Below the pieces are notes generated by a model. It was not told the origin of the DNA. It did no database searches and worked only from the letters and a program-made list of their open reading frames with translations. A program made the translations under genes and the position numbers. Source: an uncultured Candidatus Saccharibacteria bacterium (GTDB lineage Bacteria > Patescibacteriota > Minisyncoccia > UBA6257 > UBA9933). Taken from it: DNA of 64,000 nt. Every line of letters begins with the position of its first letter. The stretch's first letter is position 1. Where the stretch lies: assembly GCA_964428615.1 (NCBI GenBank), contig CAYRXZ010000001.1, positions 2,334 to 66,333 of the forward strand. The letters are read 5' to 3'. This document shows, piece after piece, positions 39,054 through 49,042 of the stretch.

Positions 39054-40925
39054 TTATTGATTAGGAGAATTTTGCTCTTTATTATCTTCATCACCCCCAT
39101 TGCTTTCATTGCCTTCTTTTTTTTCGGCATACATCGCTTGCCCTATTTTTTGAAGCTCTAAAGAAAGTTCGGAAGCGGCTGATTTTATTTCTTCAATATT
39201 CTGCGATTGATGAATTGAAGTTTTAAGTTTTTCAACTTTTTGATTTATAGAATCTTTAAGTTCGGCCGAAATTTTATCGCCAGCTTCGCTCACTGATTTT
39301 TCAGCTAGATAAACCGTCTGCTCGGCATGATTTTTTGCTTCTGCTAATTCTTTTTTCTGCCTATCTTCTTCGGAATGCGCCGCAGCTTCTTGTTTTAATT
39401 TTTCAACGTCTTCTTTTGAAAGCTGGGTTGAAGCTTCAATGCGAATTGATTGACTTTTACCGCTAGCTTTATCTTTTGCCGAAACATTCAAAATGCCATT
39501 AGCATCTATATCAAAAGAAACTTCAATTTGTGGAATGCCACGCGGAGAAGGCGGAACTCCGTCTAAAATAAATTTCGCCAAAGTTTTGTTATCTAAGGCC
39601 ATAGTGCGTTCGCCCTGTAGAATGTGAATTTCAACTGAAGTCTGATTGTCAGCCGCCGTTGAAAAAACCTGCGACTTTTGTGTCGGAATCGTTGTATTTT
39701 TTTCAAGAATCGGAGTAGCTACTCCGCCATATGTTTCAATGCCTAAAGTTAAAGGAGTAACATCTAAAAGTAAAACATCTTTTACATCGCCTTGAAAAAT
39801 TCCGGCTTGAATCGCAGCGCCGGCAGCAACAACCTCATCGGGATTAATTCCTTTATGCGGCTCTTTTCCAAAAAACTTTTTAACTGCTTCCTGAATGGCC
39901 GGCATTCTTGTCTGACCTCCAACCATTACTACTTCGTCTATTTCTGAAGGCTTAAAACCAGCTTCTTTAATTGTCTTTTCAACTAATTCAATTGAGCGTT
40001 CTATTTCAGCCTTAACAAGTTCTTCTAGTTTGGCGCGAGTAAATTTTAAAAGAAAATGTTTCGGCCCGGAAGTGTCAGAGGTTATATAGGGAAGATTTAT
40101 TTCACTTTCAAAGGCTGTTGAGAGCTCATGCTTGGCGCGTTCGGCCGCTTCTTTTAACCGCTGTAAAGCCAGTGGGTCACTCGAAATATCAATGCCTTCT
40201 TGTTTTTTATATTCTAAAACCAAGAATTCTATTATTTTTCTATCAAAATCATCTCCGCCCAAATGTGTATCTCCACCGGTAGCTTTTACTTCAACCGTTT
40301 CATCGCCGACTTCCAAAACAGAAATGTCAAAAGTCCCACCTCCAAAATCGTAAACCACAATCTGCTCATTTTTCTTTTTATTTAAACCGTATGCCAACGC
40401 TGCGGCTGTCGGTTCGTTTATTATTCTACGCACTTTCAGGCCGGCAATTTCTCCGGCATTTTTAGTTGCTTGTCTTTGAGAATCGTCAAAGTAAGCCGGA
40501 ACCGTAATAACCGCTTCTTCTATTTTTTCTCCAGTCTTCGCTTCAGCATCGGCTTTTAATTTTGCCAAAACCATAGCTGAAATCTCTTCCGGCTTGTACC
40601 ATCTGTCCGCCATTTTTATTTCCACTCCGCCAGTTGAAGATTTTTGAATATCAAAAGGAAGCCATGCCTTATCGCGCTGAACTTCTTTGTCTTCAAAATT
40701 GCGGCCAATCAACCGCTTAACCGAAGAAATTGTATTTTTAGGATTAACCACCGACTGTCTTTTTGCCAATAAGCCAACTAAGCGTTCGCTTGCCTTTGAA
40801 ATTGCGACTACAGAAGGCGTGGTACGGTTACCTTCGTGATTTTCTAAAATTTTCGGCTCGCCCGCTTCAATAATTGCCATCGCCGAATTTGTTGTTCCTA
40901 AATCTATTCCTAAAATTTTAGCCAT
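39054..40925 (-). CDS. dnaK: Chaperone DnaK
   Basis: [42 protein letters not shown]. Confidence 0.98.
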   Translation of the reverse strand: MAKILGIDLGTTNSAMAIIEAGEPKILENHEGNRTTPSVVAISKASERLVGLLAKRQSVVNPKNTISSVKRLIGRNFEDKEVQRDKAWLPFDIQKSSTGGVEIKMADRWYKPEEISAMVLAKLKADAEAKTGEKIEEAVITVPAYFDDSQRQATKNAGEIAGLKVRRIINEPTAAALAYGLNKKKNEQIVVYDFGGGTFDISVLEVGDETVEVKATGGDTHLGGDDFDRKIIEFLVLEYKKQEGIDISSDPLALQRLKEAAERAKHELSTAFESEINLPYITSDTSGPKHFLLKFTRAKLEELVKAEIERSIELVEKTIKEAGFKPSEIDEVVMVGGQTRMPAIQEAVKKFFGKEPHKGINPDEVVAAGAAIQAGIFQGDVKDVLLLDVTPLTLGIETYGGVATPILEKNTTIPTQKSQVFSTAADNQTSVEIHILQGERTMALDNKTLAKFILDGVPPSPRGIPQIEVSFDIDANGILNVSAKDKASGKSQSIRIEASTQLSKEDVEKLKQEAAAHSEEDRQKKELAEAKNHAEQTVYLAEKSVSEAGDKISAELKDSINQKVEKLKTSIHQSQNIEEIKSAASELSLELQKIGQAMYAEKKEGNESNGGDEDNKEQNSPNQ

Positions 40926-40948
40926 AGTAATTTATATTATTTTTTTTA

Positions 40949-41467
40949 TTATTTCGCTACTTTTACTCTTGCCGGTCTTATAATCTTACCGTGTAGAGAA
41001 TATCCTTTTTCGACCTCTTCAATTATTGTTCCTGAAGGTTTATCTGACTCAACTGACGCCACTGCTTCTTGTAAGCTTGGGTCAAACGGCTGACCGACTG
41101 ATATAATGACCCTTTCTAATCCACTAAGTCTCATTATGTCTTCCAGTTGTTGGCGTATCAAATAAAGCCCTTTTTGCATTTTTGATTCTTCATCACCTCC
41201 AAGTGTAACTAATGCTAAATCAAAACTGTCTAAAACCGTTATTAAATCTTTTACTATTACTTCGTTAGCGAATTTCACGATGGCTTCAAACCTTTTTGAC
41301 TCGTCTTTTTTATAATTTATAAGATCCGCTTTTGCTCGTTTCCAACCATCAAGGTATTCATCACGTTGTTTTTCGCAGTCGTAATCGCACGAACTGCATT
41401 CCGTCTGTACGTTGGACTCTTCTTTTTTTTCTTCCTTTTTATTTTCTTTTTTTATGTCGTTTTCCAT
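40949..41467 (-). CDS. grpE: Nucleotide exchange factor GrpE
   Basis: RAKADLINYKK, FDP, KGY...IIRPARVKV. Confidence 0.95.
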   Translation of the reverse strand: MENDIKKENKKEEKKEESNVQTECSSCDYDCEKQRDEYLDGWKRAKADLINYKKDESKRFEAIVKFANEVIVKDLITVLDSFDLALVTLGGDEESKMQKGLYLIRQQLEDIMRLSGLERVIISVGQPFDPSLQEAVASVESDKPSGTIIEEVEKGYSLHGKIIRPARVKVAK

Positions 41468-41509
41468 AATTCAAATTTTTTAATAATTTATAAAACAACT
41501 AACAAAACA

Positions 41510-41553
41510 AAGTATAACAACTCATTGACGATCGTCAATAGTTTGTTATACTT
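41510..41553. repeat. 44-bp loop-less palindrome, downstream end of cassette 1
   Basis: AAGTATAACAActcATTGACGA|TCGTCAATagtTTGTTATACTT; 19 of 22 positions pair. Confidence 0.95.
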
Positions 41554-41562
41554 CGCTAAATT

Positions 41563-42153
41563 TTAAAAATTAAGCATTTCGTCATCGTCGACCTCACCCA
41601 CTGTCATTAATTTTATACAATCATTTAATTTCCTAAAAAGAATTTCTTCATAAAAATCTTCTGCTAATGGACTTTTCCCCATGAAAACGCTTTTTTGAAT
41701 CGGCTTATATTCCAAAGAAATAAGCTGCCAGCGAAGCCAATTTCTGCCATCACGATTTTTTTCCGGTATATCAAACATTATTATTCTCCATTTGCCATCC
41801 CATTGCTCTTTTTCTTTTTCTTTTTCTTTAAAATTTTTTACGGCTCTTAAACCAAGGTTTGTTATCTGAAAACCTGTTTTCTTTTTTTCAACCAAACCCT
41901 TTTTTTGAAGCCGCCACAAAATAGTTCGAGCGCTTTCTTTTTTAAGATTTTTAAGCTCATCATAATAATCCCAAAAATCTTTTGTATCCATTACTCTTTG
42001 ATAGCTTTTTGCCAAACCTCTTTGGGGGCCAGCTAAAACTTCTGACAATGCTACCGCACCTCTTTCCGCCAAACCCAAAAGTAAAGCCATACCAGCCAAA
42101 CTAGTATTCATAGGTAAATCTCTTATTACTTGTTTTAATTGCTCTTTTTCCAT
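41563..42153 (-). CDS. PaaX-like protein: wHTH plus Cas2/VapD-like C-terminal domain
   Basis: LWRLQKKGLV...FQITNLG (wHTH wing), then WDGKWRIIMFDIPEKNRDGRNWLR...L...IQKSVF; probable ATG at 42153 (196 aa). Confidence 0.88.
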   Translation of the reverse strand: MEKEQLKQVIRDLPMNTSLAGMALLLGLAERGAVALSEVLAGPQRGLAKSYQRVMDTKDFWDYYDELKNLKKESARTILWRLQKKGLVEKKKTGFQITNLGLRAVKNFKEKEKEKEQWDGKWRIIMFDIPEKNRDGRNWLRWQLISLEYKPIQKSVFMGKSPLAEDFYEEILFRKLNDCIKLMTVGEVDDDEMLNF

Positions 42154-42160
42154 TCCAAAA

Positions 42161-42204
42161 AAGTATAACAAACTATTGACGATCGTCAATAGTTTGTTAT
42201 ATTG
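42161..42204. repeat. Palindrome (perfect 38-bp core 42164-42201), upstream end of cassette 1
   Basis: TATAACAAACTATTGACGA|TCGTCAATAGTTTGTTATA; near-identical to 41510-41553. Confidence 0.95.
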
Positions 42205-42302
42205 GCTAATTTGTTAAAATATTTATCAAAGCACAATAATTTGTCAAAATGCCAGTCATCAAGTAAAATTATATTAGCTAATATAATTTTATAGTTAAAA
42301 AC

Positions 42303-43670
42303 ATGATTAAATTCTACAATACTCTTTCCGGTAAAAAGGAAGCTTTTAAACCACTTAAAAATAAAACAGCTCGAATCTACAATTGCGGACCGACGGTCTA
42401 CAACTATGCCCATATAGGCAATTTGAGAACTTATGTTTTTGAAGATATTTTGCGCCGTACACTTAAAGCGAATGGCTATAAAATAAAACAAATAACTAAT
42501 ATCACCGACGTTGAAGATAAGATTATTAAAAAAGCCCAACAAGAAAAAAAGGACATTTCTCAGATTACCCGCCCTTTCGAAAAAATATTTTTTGGAGACC
42601 TTAAAAAGCTAAACATTGAAAAATCCGAGCGTTATCCCCGCGCCACTGAACATATAAAAGAAATGATACTTATTATTTCCGCTTTGATGAAAAAAGGTTT
42701 TGCATACCAAGGAAAAGACAAATCAATTTATTTTAAAATTTCAAAATTTAAAAATTATGGCAAGCTTTCAAGATTAAAAAAACGCCAAATAAAAATTGGT
42801 GCCAGAATCGACAGCGACGAATATAAAAAAGATGATGCCCAAGATTTTGTTTTATGGAAATCGGCAAAGCCGAACGAACCGTCATGGCCTTCACCTTGGG
42901 GCACAGGCAGACCGGGCTGGCACATAGAATGTTCAGCTATGAGTATGAAATACCTCGGCGCACCACTTGATATTCACGCCGGCGGAGTAGATTTAATTTT
43001 TCCACACCACGAAAATGAAATCGCCCAATCGGAAGCTGCTACTGGAAAAAAATTCAGCAGGTTTTGGATCCACGGCGAACATCTTTTGGTTAACGGCGAA
43101 AAAATGTCAAAATCGCTCGGCAACATTTTTACGCTTCGCGATTTAGAAAAAAAGGGTGTTAATCTTTTAGCTTTCCGTTATCTGCTTCTTGGAACGCATT
43201 ACAGAAAAAAACTAAATTTTACATGGCAATCACTCAACGCCGCAGAGCACGCACTAAATAATCTTCACGAGTTTCTTGAGACAACTAAACAAATTAAAAC
43301 GCCTAGACACCTAAACACTAAAAAACTCAAACTTTATAAAGACCAATTTATCAGCGCTATTAATGACGATTTAAACACATCAAAAGCGCTTTCAATTGTC
43401 TGGCAAATTATTAAAGATAAAAACCTGCCAGCGAAAGATACAAAACGATTAATTTTCGATTTTGATAAGGTTTTAGGGCTTGAATTAAAAGATATAAAGC
43501 CCCTAAAAACCCAAAAAATACCTGACAAAATAACAGTGTTGGCGAAAAGGCGAGAGTTATTAAGAGTTAATAAACAATTTATTCAAGCCGACGCCTTGCG
43601 GAAACAAATAGAAAAGTTAGGATACCTTATAGAAGACACAACCAAAGGACCAGTCCTTTGGAAATCATAA
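42303..43670 (+). CDS. cysS: Cysteine--tRNA ligase
   Basis: YNCGPTVY, HIGN, GRPGWHIECSAM, FPHHENE, KMSKS. Confidence 0.98.
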   Translation: MIKFYNTLSGKKEAFKPLKNKTARIYNCGPTVYNYAHIGNLRTYVFEDILRRTLKANGYKIKQITNITDVEDKIIKKAQQEKKDISQITRPFEKIFFGDLKKLNIEKSERYPRATEHIKEMILIISALMKKGFAYQGKDKSIYFKISKFKNYGKLSRLKKRQIKIGARIDSDEYKKDDAQDFVLWKSAKPNEPSWPSPWGTGRPGWHIECSAMSMKYLGAPLDIHAGGVDLIFPHHENEIAQSEAATGKKFSRFWIHGEHLLVNGEKMSKSLGNIFTLRDLEKKGVNLLAFRYLLLGTHYRKKLNFTWQSLNAAEHALNNLHEFLETTKQIKTPRHLNTKKLKLYKDQFISAINDDLNTSKALSIVWQIIKDKNLPAKDTKRLIFDFDKVLGLELKDIKPLKTQKIPDKITVLAKRRELLRVNKQFIQADALRKQIEKLGYLIEDTTKGPVLWKS

Positions 43671-43759
43671 TTTCTAATATTTAATTTCTAAATGTTTTAA
43701 ATTTTAGATTTTATTATTAGAGTTTATTTAGAATTTAGTGCTTAGAATTTAGAATTTTT
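43669..43759. repeat. Degenerate 7-mer tandem repeats in two opposed arms (intergenic)
   Basis: (A)TTTCTAA-type units, followed by TTAGAAT/TTAGAGT/TTAGTGC units. Confidence 0.65.
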
Positions 43760-43765
43760 ATTTTT

Positions 43766-45103
43766 ATGGATTTCAAGTTGCCACCACAAGACATAGAAGC
43801 TGAACGCTCAGTTCTGGGGGCGTTAATGTTAGACAAAGAAGCCATTATTAGAGTGGCTGATTTAATAAAACCTTTAGATTTTTATCAGCCGGCTCACGCT
43901 AAAATATTCGACGCGATTTTCGAACTTTTTGAAAAAGGAGAGCCTATAGACGCCTTAAGCGTTAGTCAGAAACTTAAAGACAGAAAAGAACTCAGTGAGA
44001 TAGGCGGCGCGAGCTATCTTACCGACATTATTAATTCTGTTCCAACCGCTAGTCATATTTCTTATTACGCTAAAATCGTCCGCCAGAAAAAAGTTCTCCG
44101 CGAATTAATTAATGCCTCTTCCGAAATAACCGAAAAAGTTTTTGACTCTTCAAATGATTCTGAAGATTTATTAGACGACATTGAGCAAAAAATTTTTTCT
44201 ATCAGCCAACAATCACGTCCACAAAACTTCATACCGATAAAAGATGAACTTAAAGCCGCTTATGAAAGAATTGAAAAACTCCATCAGGGCGAAAAAGGTT
44301 TAAGAGGGGTTACTACCGGCTTTAATGAACTAGACTTTTATCTTTCAGGGCTCCAACGCTCAGACTTAATCGTGTTGGGCGCCCGGCCGTCGTTGGGAAA
44401 AACTTCTTTGTGTTTGGATATCGCCCGCAATGCCGCTGTTAAAGCAAAAATTCCTGTTGGGATATTTTCACTCGAAATGTCGCGCGATCAAATCGTAGAC
44501 AGAATAATAGCATCCGAAGCACAGGTTACACTCTGGGAACTCCGGAGTGGCAGAATAAAAGATGAAATTGAATTTGAAATGATTCAGGCGGCACTGGACA
44601 GATTAGCACAAGCGCCAATTTATATAGATGACACTCCATCGGCAAACATTATCCAGCTTCGATCAATGGCGCGCCGGCTTCAAGTAGAACACGGTTTAGG
44701 ATTACTGGTTGTTGATTACCTTCAATTAATCGCACCCAGAAACCACACCGAGAATATGGTCCAAGCTATGACCGAAGTTAGCCGAGGCCTGAAAGCTTTG
44801 GCGCGCGAGCTTGAAGTGCCCGTTTTAGCGGCTGCCCAGCTTTCCCGCGCGGTAGAACAACGAGACGTAAAAGTTCCCCGTTTGTCCGATTTAAGAGAAA
44901 GCGGCTCAATTGAGCAAGACGCCGATGTTGTTATGTTTATTTACAGAAAAGATAAAGAAAAGCTTGACCTCTCGCCGGAAGAACGAGACACGGCAGAAAT
45001 TATTATTGCCAAACATAGAAACGGCCCTATAGGCAGTGTTAAACTTAAATTTGATTCAGATAAAGTAAGTTTTAGATCAATAGATAAATTCAGAGCAGAG
45101 TAA
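43766..45103 (+). CDS. dnaB: Replicative DNA helicase
   Basis: PPQDIEAERSVLG, GARPSLGKT, FSLEM, VDYLQL, QLSR, SDLRESGSIEQDAD, KHRNGP. Confidence 0.98.
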   Translation: MDFKLPPQDIEAERSVLGALMLDKEAIIRVADLIKPLDFYQPAHAKIFDAIFELFEKGEPIDALSVSQKLKDRKELSEIGGASYLTDIINSVPTASHISYYAKIVRQKKVLRELINASSEITEKVFDSSNDSEDLLDDIEQKIFSISQQSRPQNFIPIKDELKAAYERIEKLHQGEKGLRGVTTGFNELDFYLSGLQRSDLIVLGARPSLGKTSLCLDIARNAAVKAKIPVGIFSLEMSRDQIVDRIIASEAQVTLWELRSGRIKDEIEFEMIQAALDRLAQAPIYIDDTPSANIIQLRSMARRLQVEHGLGLLVVDYLQLIAPRNHTENMVQAMTEVSRGLKALARELEVPVLAAAQLSRAVEQRDVKVPRLSDLRESGSIEQDADVVMFIYRKDKEKLDLSPEERDTAEIIIAKHRNGPIGSVKLKFDSDKVSFRSIDKFRAE

Positions 45104-45107
45104 AAAC

Positions 45108-45145
45108 AAAAGCCCATACTATCATATATGATAATATGGGCTTTT
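45108..45145. terminator. 38-bp near-perfect palindrome between convergent dnaB and pheT; probable bidirectional terminator
   Basis: AAAAGCCCATAcTATCATA|TATGATAaTATGGGCTTTT. Confidence 0.75.
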
Positions 45146-45178
45146 TATGTCTTAGGTCTTATTTCTTATATATTTATA

Positions 45179-47191
45179 TTATCTGGTTTCTGCGCCGAAT
45201 TTTAATTTAAGAATTTTTTTTATTTTTCCCATTTCATCACTTGCTTCTTTTTCTTTAAGAGTGCGGTCTTCAGCCTGAAAAATAATTCTAAAAGTCAGAC
45301 TTCGCTTGTTATTCACCTCATACTCATCAATCATATCTACGTCTTCAATATATTTTAAATTGGATTCCTGAATAAGTTTCATCATTTCTCCAACTTTCGC
45401 TGTCGGATTCACCAAAACCGAAATGTCGCGCATAATTGAAGGATATTTAGATAGTGGTCTATATTCGTGTTCTTCTTCAATTAATTCTAATAAAATATCC
45501 AAATTTATCTCGGCTAAAACTGCCTCGGCGCCGGAATAATCAACCCTGCCAATATAACCGATAATTTTATCTTTAGATTCAATTTCTAAAATTTCTCCCG
45601 AAATCAAATTGCCAACAAAATCATTGACCCAAGCTCCTTTCCCCGGCTCAGGCATCATATAATCAACCAATCCTATATTCTTAAACATATTTTCGATATT
45701 TCCTTTAAGTTCAAAGAAAATTTGCTTGTCTTTTTTTGAAGCAATTAAAATGCCTAAATTTAATTTTTCCGGAGTATTATCGTAAAAGACTTTACCAATT
45801 TCAAAAATTTTAATGCCGTCAAAAAATCTAAAATTGGATTCTATATTTTTAATAAGATTAGACGCCAAAGAAGGCCTCATATATTTCGCCTGATTACTAA
45901 TAGGGTTTTCAAGTTCCAATAATTTATTTTTCCACGCTGGATTTTTACTTAAATCATTCTCGCTAATAAAAGAATAATTTAAAACCTCATCAAACCCGAA
46001 ACCTACCAAAACTTTTCTTAATTTATCTTTAAAAACAATTTTGTCTTCAAAACCCGATGGATGAATGTGAATTTTAGGTGGCTGCGATTTTAATTTATTT
46101 AAACCATAGAGCCTAGTAATTTCTTCCACCAAATCTTCAAAAATTGAAATGTCTGAACGCCAAACTGGGACTTCCACTAAAAATATATTTTTTGTTTTGT
46201 CCGCCGGTTGACGAATTGTTTTTTGTATTATTTTAAATCCAAGTTTATCTAAATAATCACGGCAGACTTTCGCATTTAAATCAACACCAATTAATTTTTT
46301 AAATTTTTCAACGTCAAATTTAATTATTTTTCTACCCAGCTGTATATGATTAACATCAATAATTTTTCCGGCTTTCACGTCGATAATCTCTTCAAGTAAT
46401 TGTTTTGCTCTATTTAATCCAATTTGCGCCAAAGCCGGACTAATATTATGCGAAAAGATTACCGAAGCGTCTGTTGCAATTTTAAGAGATTTTGAAGCCC
46501 TATAAATGCCGGTACCGGCAAAATTCGCCGCTTCAATAACGATTCTTTTTGTATTGGCGGTCACTTCGGCGACTTTTCCTCCTTTTATTCCAGCAATAGC
46601 TAACGGATTTTTAGAGTCTGTAATTACTAAAATATTTTCGTTTAAATCGTAATTTTTATCATCAAGTGAAATTATTTTTTCACCTTTTTTCGCTTTTCGT
46701 ATAATAATCTTAGATTGCGAAAGTTTATCGTAATCAAAAGCGTGCAACGGCTGACCGGTTTCAAGCATAACGTAATTCATAATATCAACCACCGCACTTA
46801 TCGGCCGTAATCCGCATTCTTCTAAAATATCACGCATCCATTTCGGAGAAACGCCGGCTTTAACATTTTCAAAATACTGACCCATATAGCGCGGACACAA
46901 TTTTTTATCTTCTATTAAAACGCTAAAATTGGCCTTAGCAAAACCGTTTTTCAAAGACTTTAAATCAAAAATTGAAGAGGTAAACTTTTTGCCATAAATC
47001 GCCGAAGCTTCGCGGGCAATACCAATATGAGAAGCCGCATCTGAATATCTATTTGCCGGAAGAGCAATTTCAAAAGAATTCCCGCTCAAATCAACCGCCT
47101 CAAAAGCAAATTCATTTAACTTTTTAATCAAATCTTTTTTACTTTTTACGGCCGGTACCAATTTTTTAATTAGAGTATAAGAAAATTTCAT
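45179..47191 (-). CDS. pheT: Phenylalanine--tRNA ligase beta subunit (short form)
   Basis: PANRYSD, VDIMNYVMLETGQPLHAFD, DLVEEITRLYG, MRPSL, YPSIMRDIS, SLTFRI. Confidence 0.95.
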   Translation of the reverse strand: MKFSYTLIKKLVPAVKSKKDLIKKLNEFAFEAVDLSGNSFEIALPANRYSDAASHIGIAREASAIYGKKFTSSIFDLKSLKNGFAKANFSVLIEDKKLCPRYMGQYFENVKAGVSPKWMRDILEECGLRPISAVVDIMNYVMLETGQPLHAFDYDKLSQSKIIIRKAKKGEKIISLDDKNYDLNENILVITDSKNPLAIAGIKGGKVAEVTANTKRIVIEAANFAGTGIYRASKSLKIATDASVIFSHNISPALAQIGLNRAKQLLEEIIDVKAGKIIDVNHIQLGRKIIKFDVEKFKKLIGVDLNAKVCRDYLDKLGFKIIQKTIRQPADKTKNIFLVEVPVWRSDISIFEDLVEEITRLYGLNKLKSQPPKIHIHPSGFEDKIVFKDKLRKVLVGFGFDEVLNYSFISENDLSKNPAWKNKLLELENPISNQAKYMRPSLASNLIKNIESNFRFFDGIKIFEIGKVFYDNTPEKLNLGILIASKKDKQIFFELKGNIENMFKNIGLVDYMMPEPGKGAWVNDFVGNLISGEILEIESKDKIIGYIGRVDYSGAEAVLAEINLDILLELIEEEHEYRPLSKYPSIMRDISVLVNPTAKVGEMMKLIQESNLKYIEDVDMIDEYEVNNKRSLTFRIIFQAEDRTLKEKEASDEMGKIKKILKLKFGAETR

Positions 47192-47193
47192 AT

Positions 47194-47628
47194 TTATTTA
47201 TCTTGCCACAAAATATGTAAAAAGGCAAAAACAGCCAAAGAAACGATTATGTCTAAAAATAATTCTTTTACAAACACAAAAGATAATATCAATGCAGGAT
47301 TTAAAAAAGCATAAAAAAACAGAACGGCAATTATAACGGCCGTCAAACTCCCGACAAGATAATGCCAGGGAATTAATTTTGCCACAACCACGGCTACTGC
47401 ACCAATAAGCGTAAAAACCAGAAGCTCTATTCCAAATCCCGAACTAAATTTTAATATCAAAACAGAAAACAAAATCAAAAAGAATCCTTCAAAAAAATTG
47501 ACGGCGAAAAAAGCCGACACAACAACCGCCACTAATGCCAAATTAGGAATTACACCAAAAACAGAAAGTCCATATGCTTGGATAATACTTAAAACCCCAA
47601 CTAATATAACAAGAGAAAAAAACTTCAT
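47194..47628 (-). CDS. MreD-like membrane protein
   Basis: Hydrophobic protein with the VFGVIPNLAL motif, coupled directly downstream of mreC. Confidence 0.7.
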   Translation of the reverse strand: MKFFSLVILVGVLSIIQAYGLSVFGVIPNLALVAVVVSAFFAVNFFEGFFLILFSVLILKFSSGFGIELLVFTLIGAVAVVVAKLIPWHYLVGSLTAVIIAVLFFYAFLNPALILSFVFVKELFLDIIVSLAVFAFLHILWQDK

Positions 47629-48272
47629 TTTAATAAAATTTCAACTTTCCTTAATGCACCAATATTAAAAGGAACTGCCAGAACCGCCTCTTTAAAAACC
47701 CCGGGCGCTGATTCTTTAATTTCTGATATTTCTCCCACTTTTAATTTTAATGGGAATCCCTGCCCAGCAGAATAAACAATATCACCAGTATTTATCGGTT
47801 TATCTTTTTCAATAAAAGTTATCCTTGGCTCATTCCCTCCCTGTAAAAGACCGCTTATTTCGTTTTCACCTATTCTCACAGGCAACTGCCAATCCGGGTC
47901 AAAAATCGTCTGAATAATGCTAGTATTTTTTGAAACCTTAATTATCTGACCCAATAAAATATTATTTCCAAAAAGCGCCGGCATTAAATTTTTTATGCCC
48001 TGCGCTTCACCGGCATCAACTACTATTTGATTTTTAATATTAAAGGGATATGTTGAAAAAACCTTAACTATGAGAATGTCGCTCTGTAAAACTATTACTC
48101 CGCAATTTCCCGTTTTTAACTCCTGAAGCTCAACTTTAAGATTTTCATTTTCTTTTTTAAGTTGAATATTTTCATCAAAAAAACGCTCTTTTTTTACAAA
48201 AAATCCCGTAAAAAAAACTACTATCGCTAAAATTATTATTGAGATAGTAAGTGTATGCCGCTTCATATCCAC
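47625..48272 (-). CDS. mreC: Rod shape-determining protein MreC
   Basis: TM, LKKENENLK coiled coil, VDAGEAQGI, GDIVYSAG, FP...VGEI. Confidence 0.87.
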   Translation of the reverse strand: MDMKRHTLTISIIILAIVVFFTGFFVKKERFFDENIQLKKENENLKVELQELKTGNCGVIVLQSDILIVKVFSTYPFNIKNQIVVDAGEAQGIKNLMPALFGNNILLGQIIKVSKNTSIIQTIFDPDWQLPVRIGENEISGLLQGGNEPRITFIEKDKPINTGDIVYSAGQGFPLKLKVGEISEIKESAPGVFKEAVLAVPFNIGALRKVEILLK

Positions 48273-48277
48273 TTATA

Positions 48278-48955
48278 CTAACGTATTTTCTTCAAAAAGG
48301 TCAATCTGTGGATTTTTGAGGAGCCGTGTTTTTTTATCATTTTTATATGCTCTTTTGTGCCATAACCCTTATTTTTTTCAAACCCGTATTGCGAATATTT
48401 TTTATGTAAATTTTTCATCTGTCTGTCCCGGCTCACTTTAGCGATAATTGAGGCAAGCGAAATTGCTGAAATTTTCTCATCGCCTTTTATTATTGTCCTG
48501 GATTTCAGATTCCAAGTTTTAAGTTTTAAGCTTTTCAGATATAGCCCCCCGTCTAAACAAACTTTGCAATTTTTAATTCTAAATTCTGAATTCTTAATTA
48601 AAAGTGTAAACGCTTTTCTCGCCGCCAAGTTCGCAGCTTCAGAAATATTTATTTTATCTATTGCCTTCGGAGAAACGCTTGCTATCGCATACTGTAGGCG
48701 TAATTCTTTTTTAGCGTATTTAAACCAAATCTCGCGCTGACTCGATGTTAATTTTTTAGAATCCCTTAGCTTCGCTAATTTAAAATTTAGAATTAAGGAT
48801 TTAGAATTTTTAGTTTTTTTCTTAATTCTTAATTCTGAATTCTTAATTCTTAATTTAGTCGGAACTGCGGTAGCAGCAACGACTACATTTCCCGCCAGCG
48901 CTCCCCTGCCAACTTCGTCTATCCCAATAATATATTTTTCTTTTTTAGAGGCCAT
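48278..48955 (-). CDS. rnhB: Ribonuclease HII, containing in-frame repeat insertions
   Basis: IGIDEVGRGALAG, DSKKL, LDGG, KGD, ASIIAKVSRD, KGYGT, HR.TF. Confidence 0.95.
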   Translation of the reverse strand: MASKKEKYIIGIDEVGRGALAGNVVVAATAVPTKLRIKNSELRIKKKTKNSKSLILNFKLAKLRDSKKLTSSQREIWFKYAKKELRLQYAIASVSPKAIDKINISEAANLAARKAFTLLIKNSEFRIKNCKVCLDGGLYLKSLKLKTWNLKSRTIIKGDEKISAISLASIIAKVSRDRQMKNLHKKYSQYGFEKNKGYGTKEHIKMIKKHGSSKIHRLTFLKKIR

Positions 48956-48979
48956 GAAATAATTTTAACACTTTCAAAT

Positions 48980-49014
48980 AAAAAAGCCCGCTTTTTCCTC
49001 CAAGAAAACGGGCT
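48980..49014 (-). terminator. Probable intrinsic terminator
   Basis: AGCCCG...TTTTC...GAAAA-CGGGCT with a T-run on the minus strand, downstream of 49043..49465. Confidence 0.6.
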
Positions 49015-49042
49015 ATCAATATCAAAAATGTTTTGTAATAAC

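Noticed and set aside
41510-42204. Palindrome pairs as a minimal CRISPR array or IS terminal inverted repeats
   Set aside because: There are only two copies, separated by a whole gene rather than a 30-40-nt spacer. The protein has no DDE, HUH or recombinase motif, and I found no clear target-site duplication.
42204-42300. Possible CIRCE element upstream of the chaperone operon
   Set aside because: No TTAGCACTC-N9-GAGTGCTAA match was found by eye.
42154-42542. Track start at 42189 (MTIVNSLLY), ORF 42186..42542 and ORF 41366..41566
   Set aside because: These are translations of the palindrome or antisense shadows of cysS and grpE; the same peptide LTIVNSLLY appears from both palindromes.
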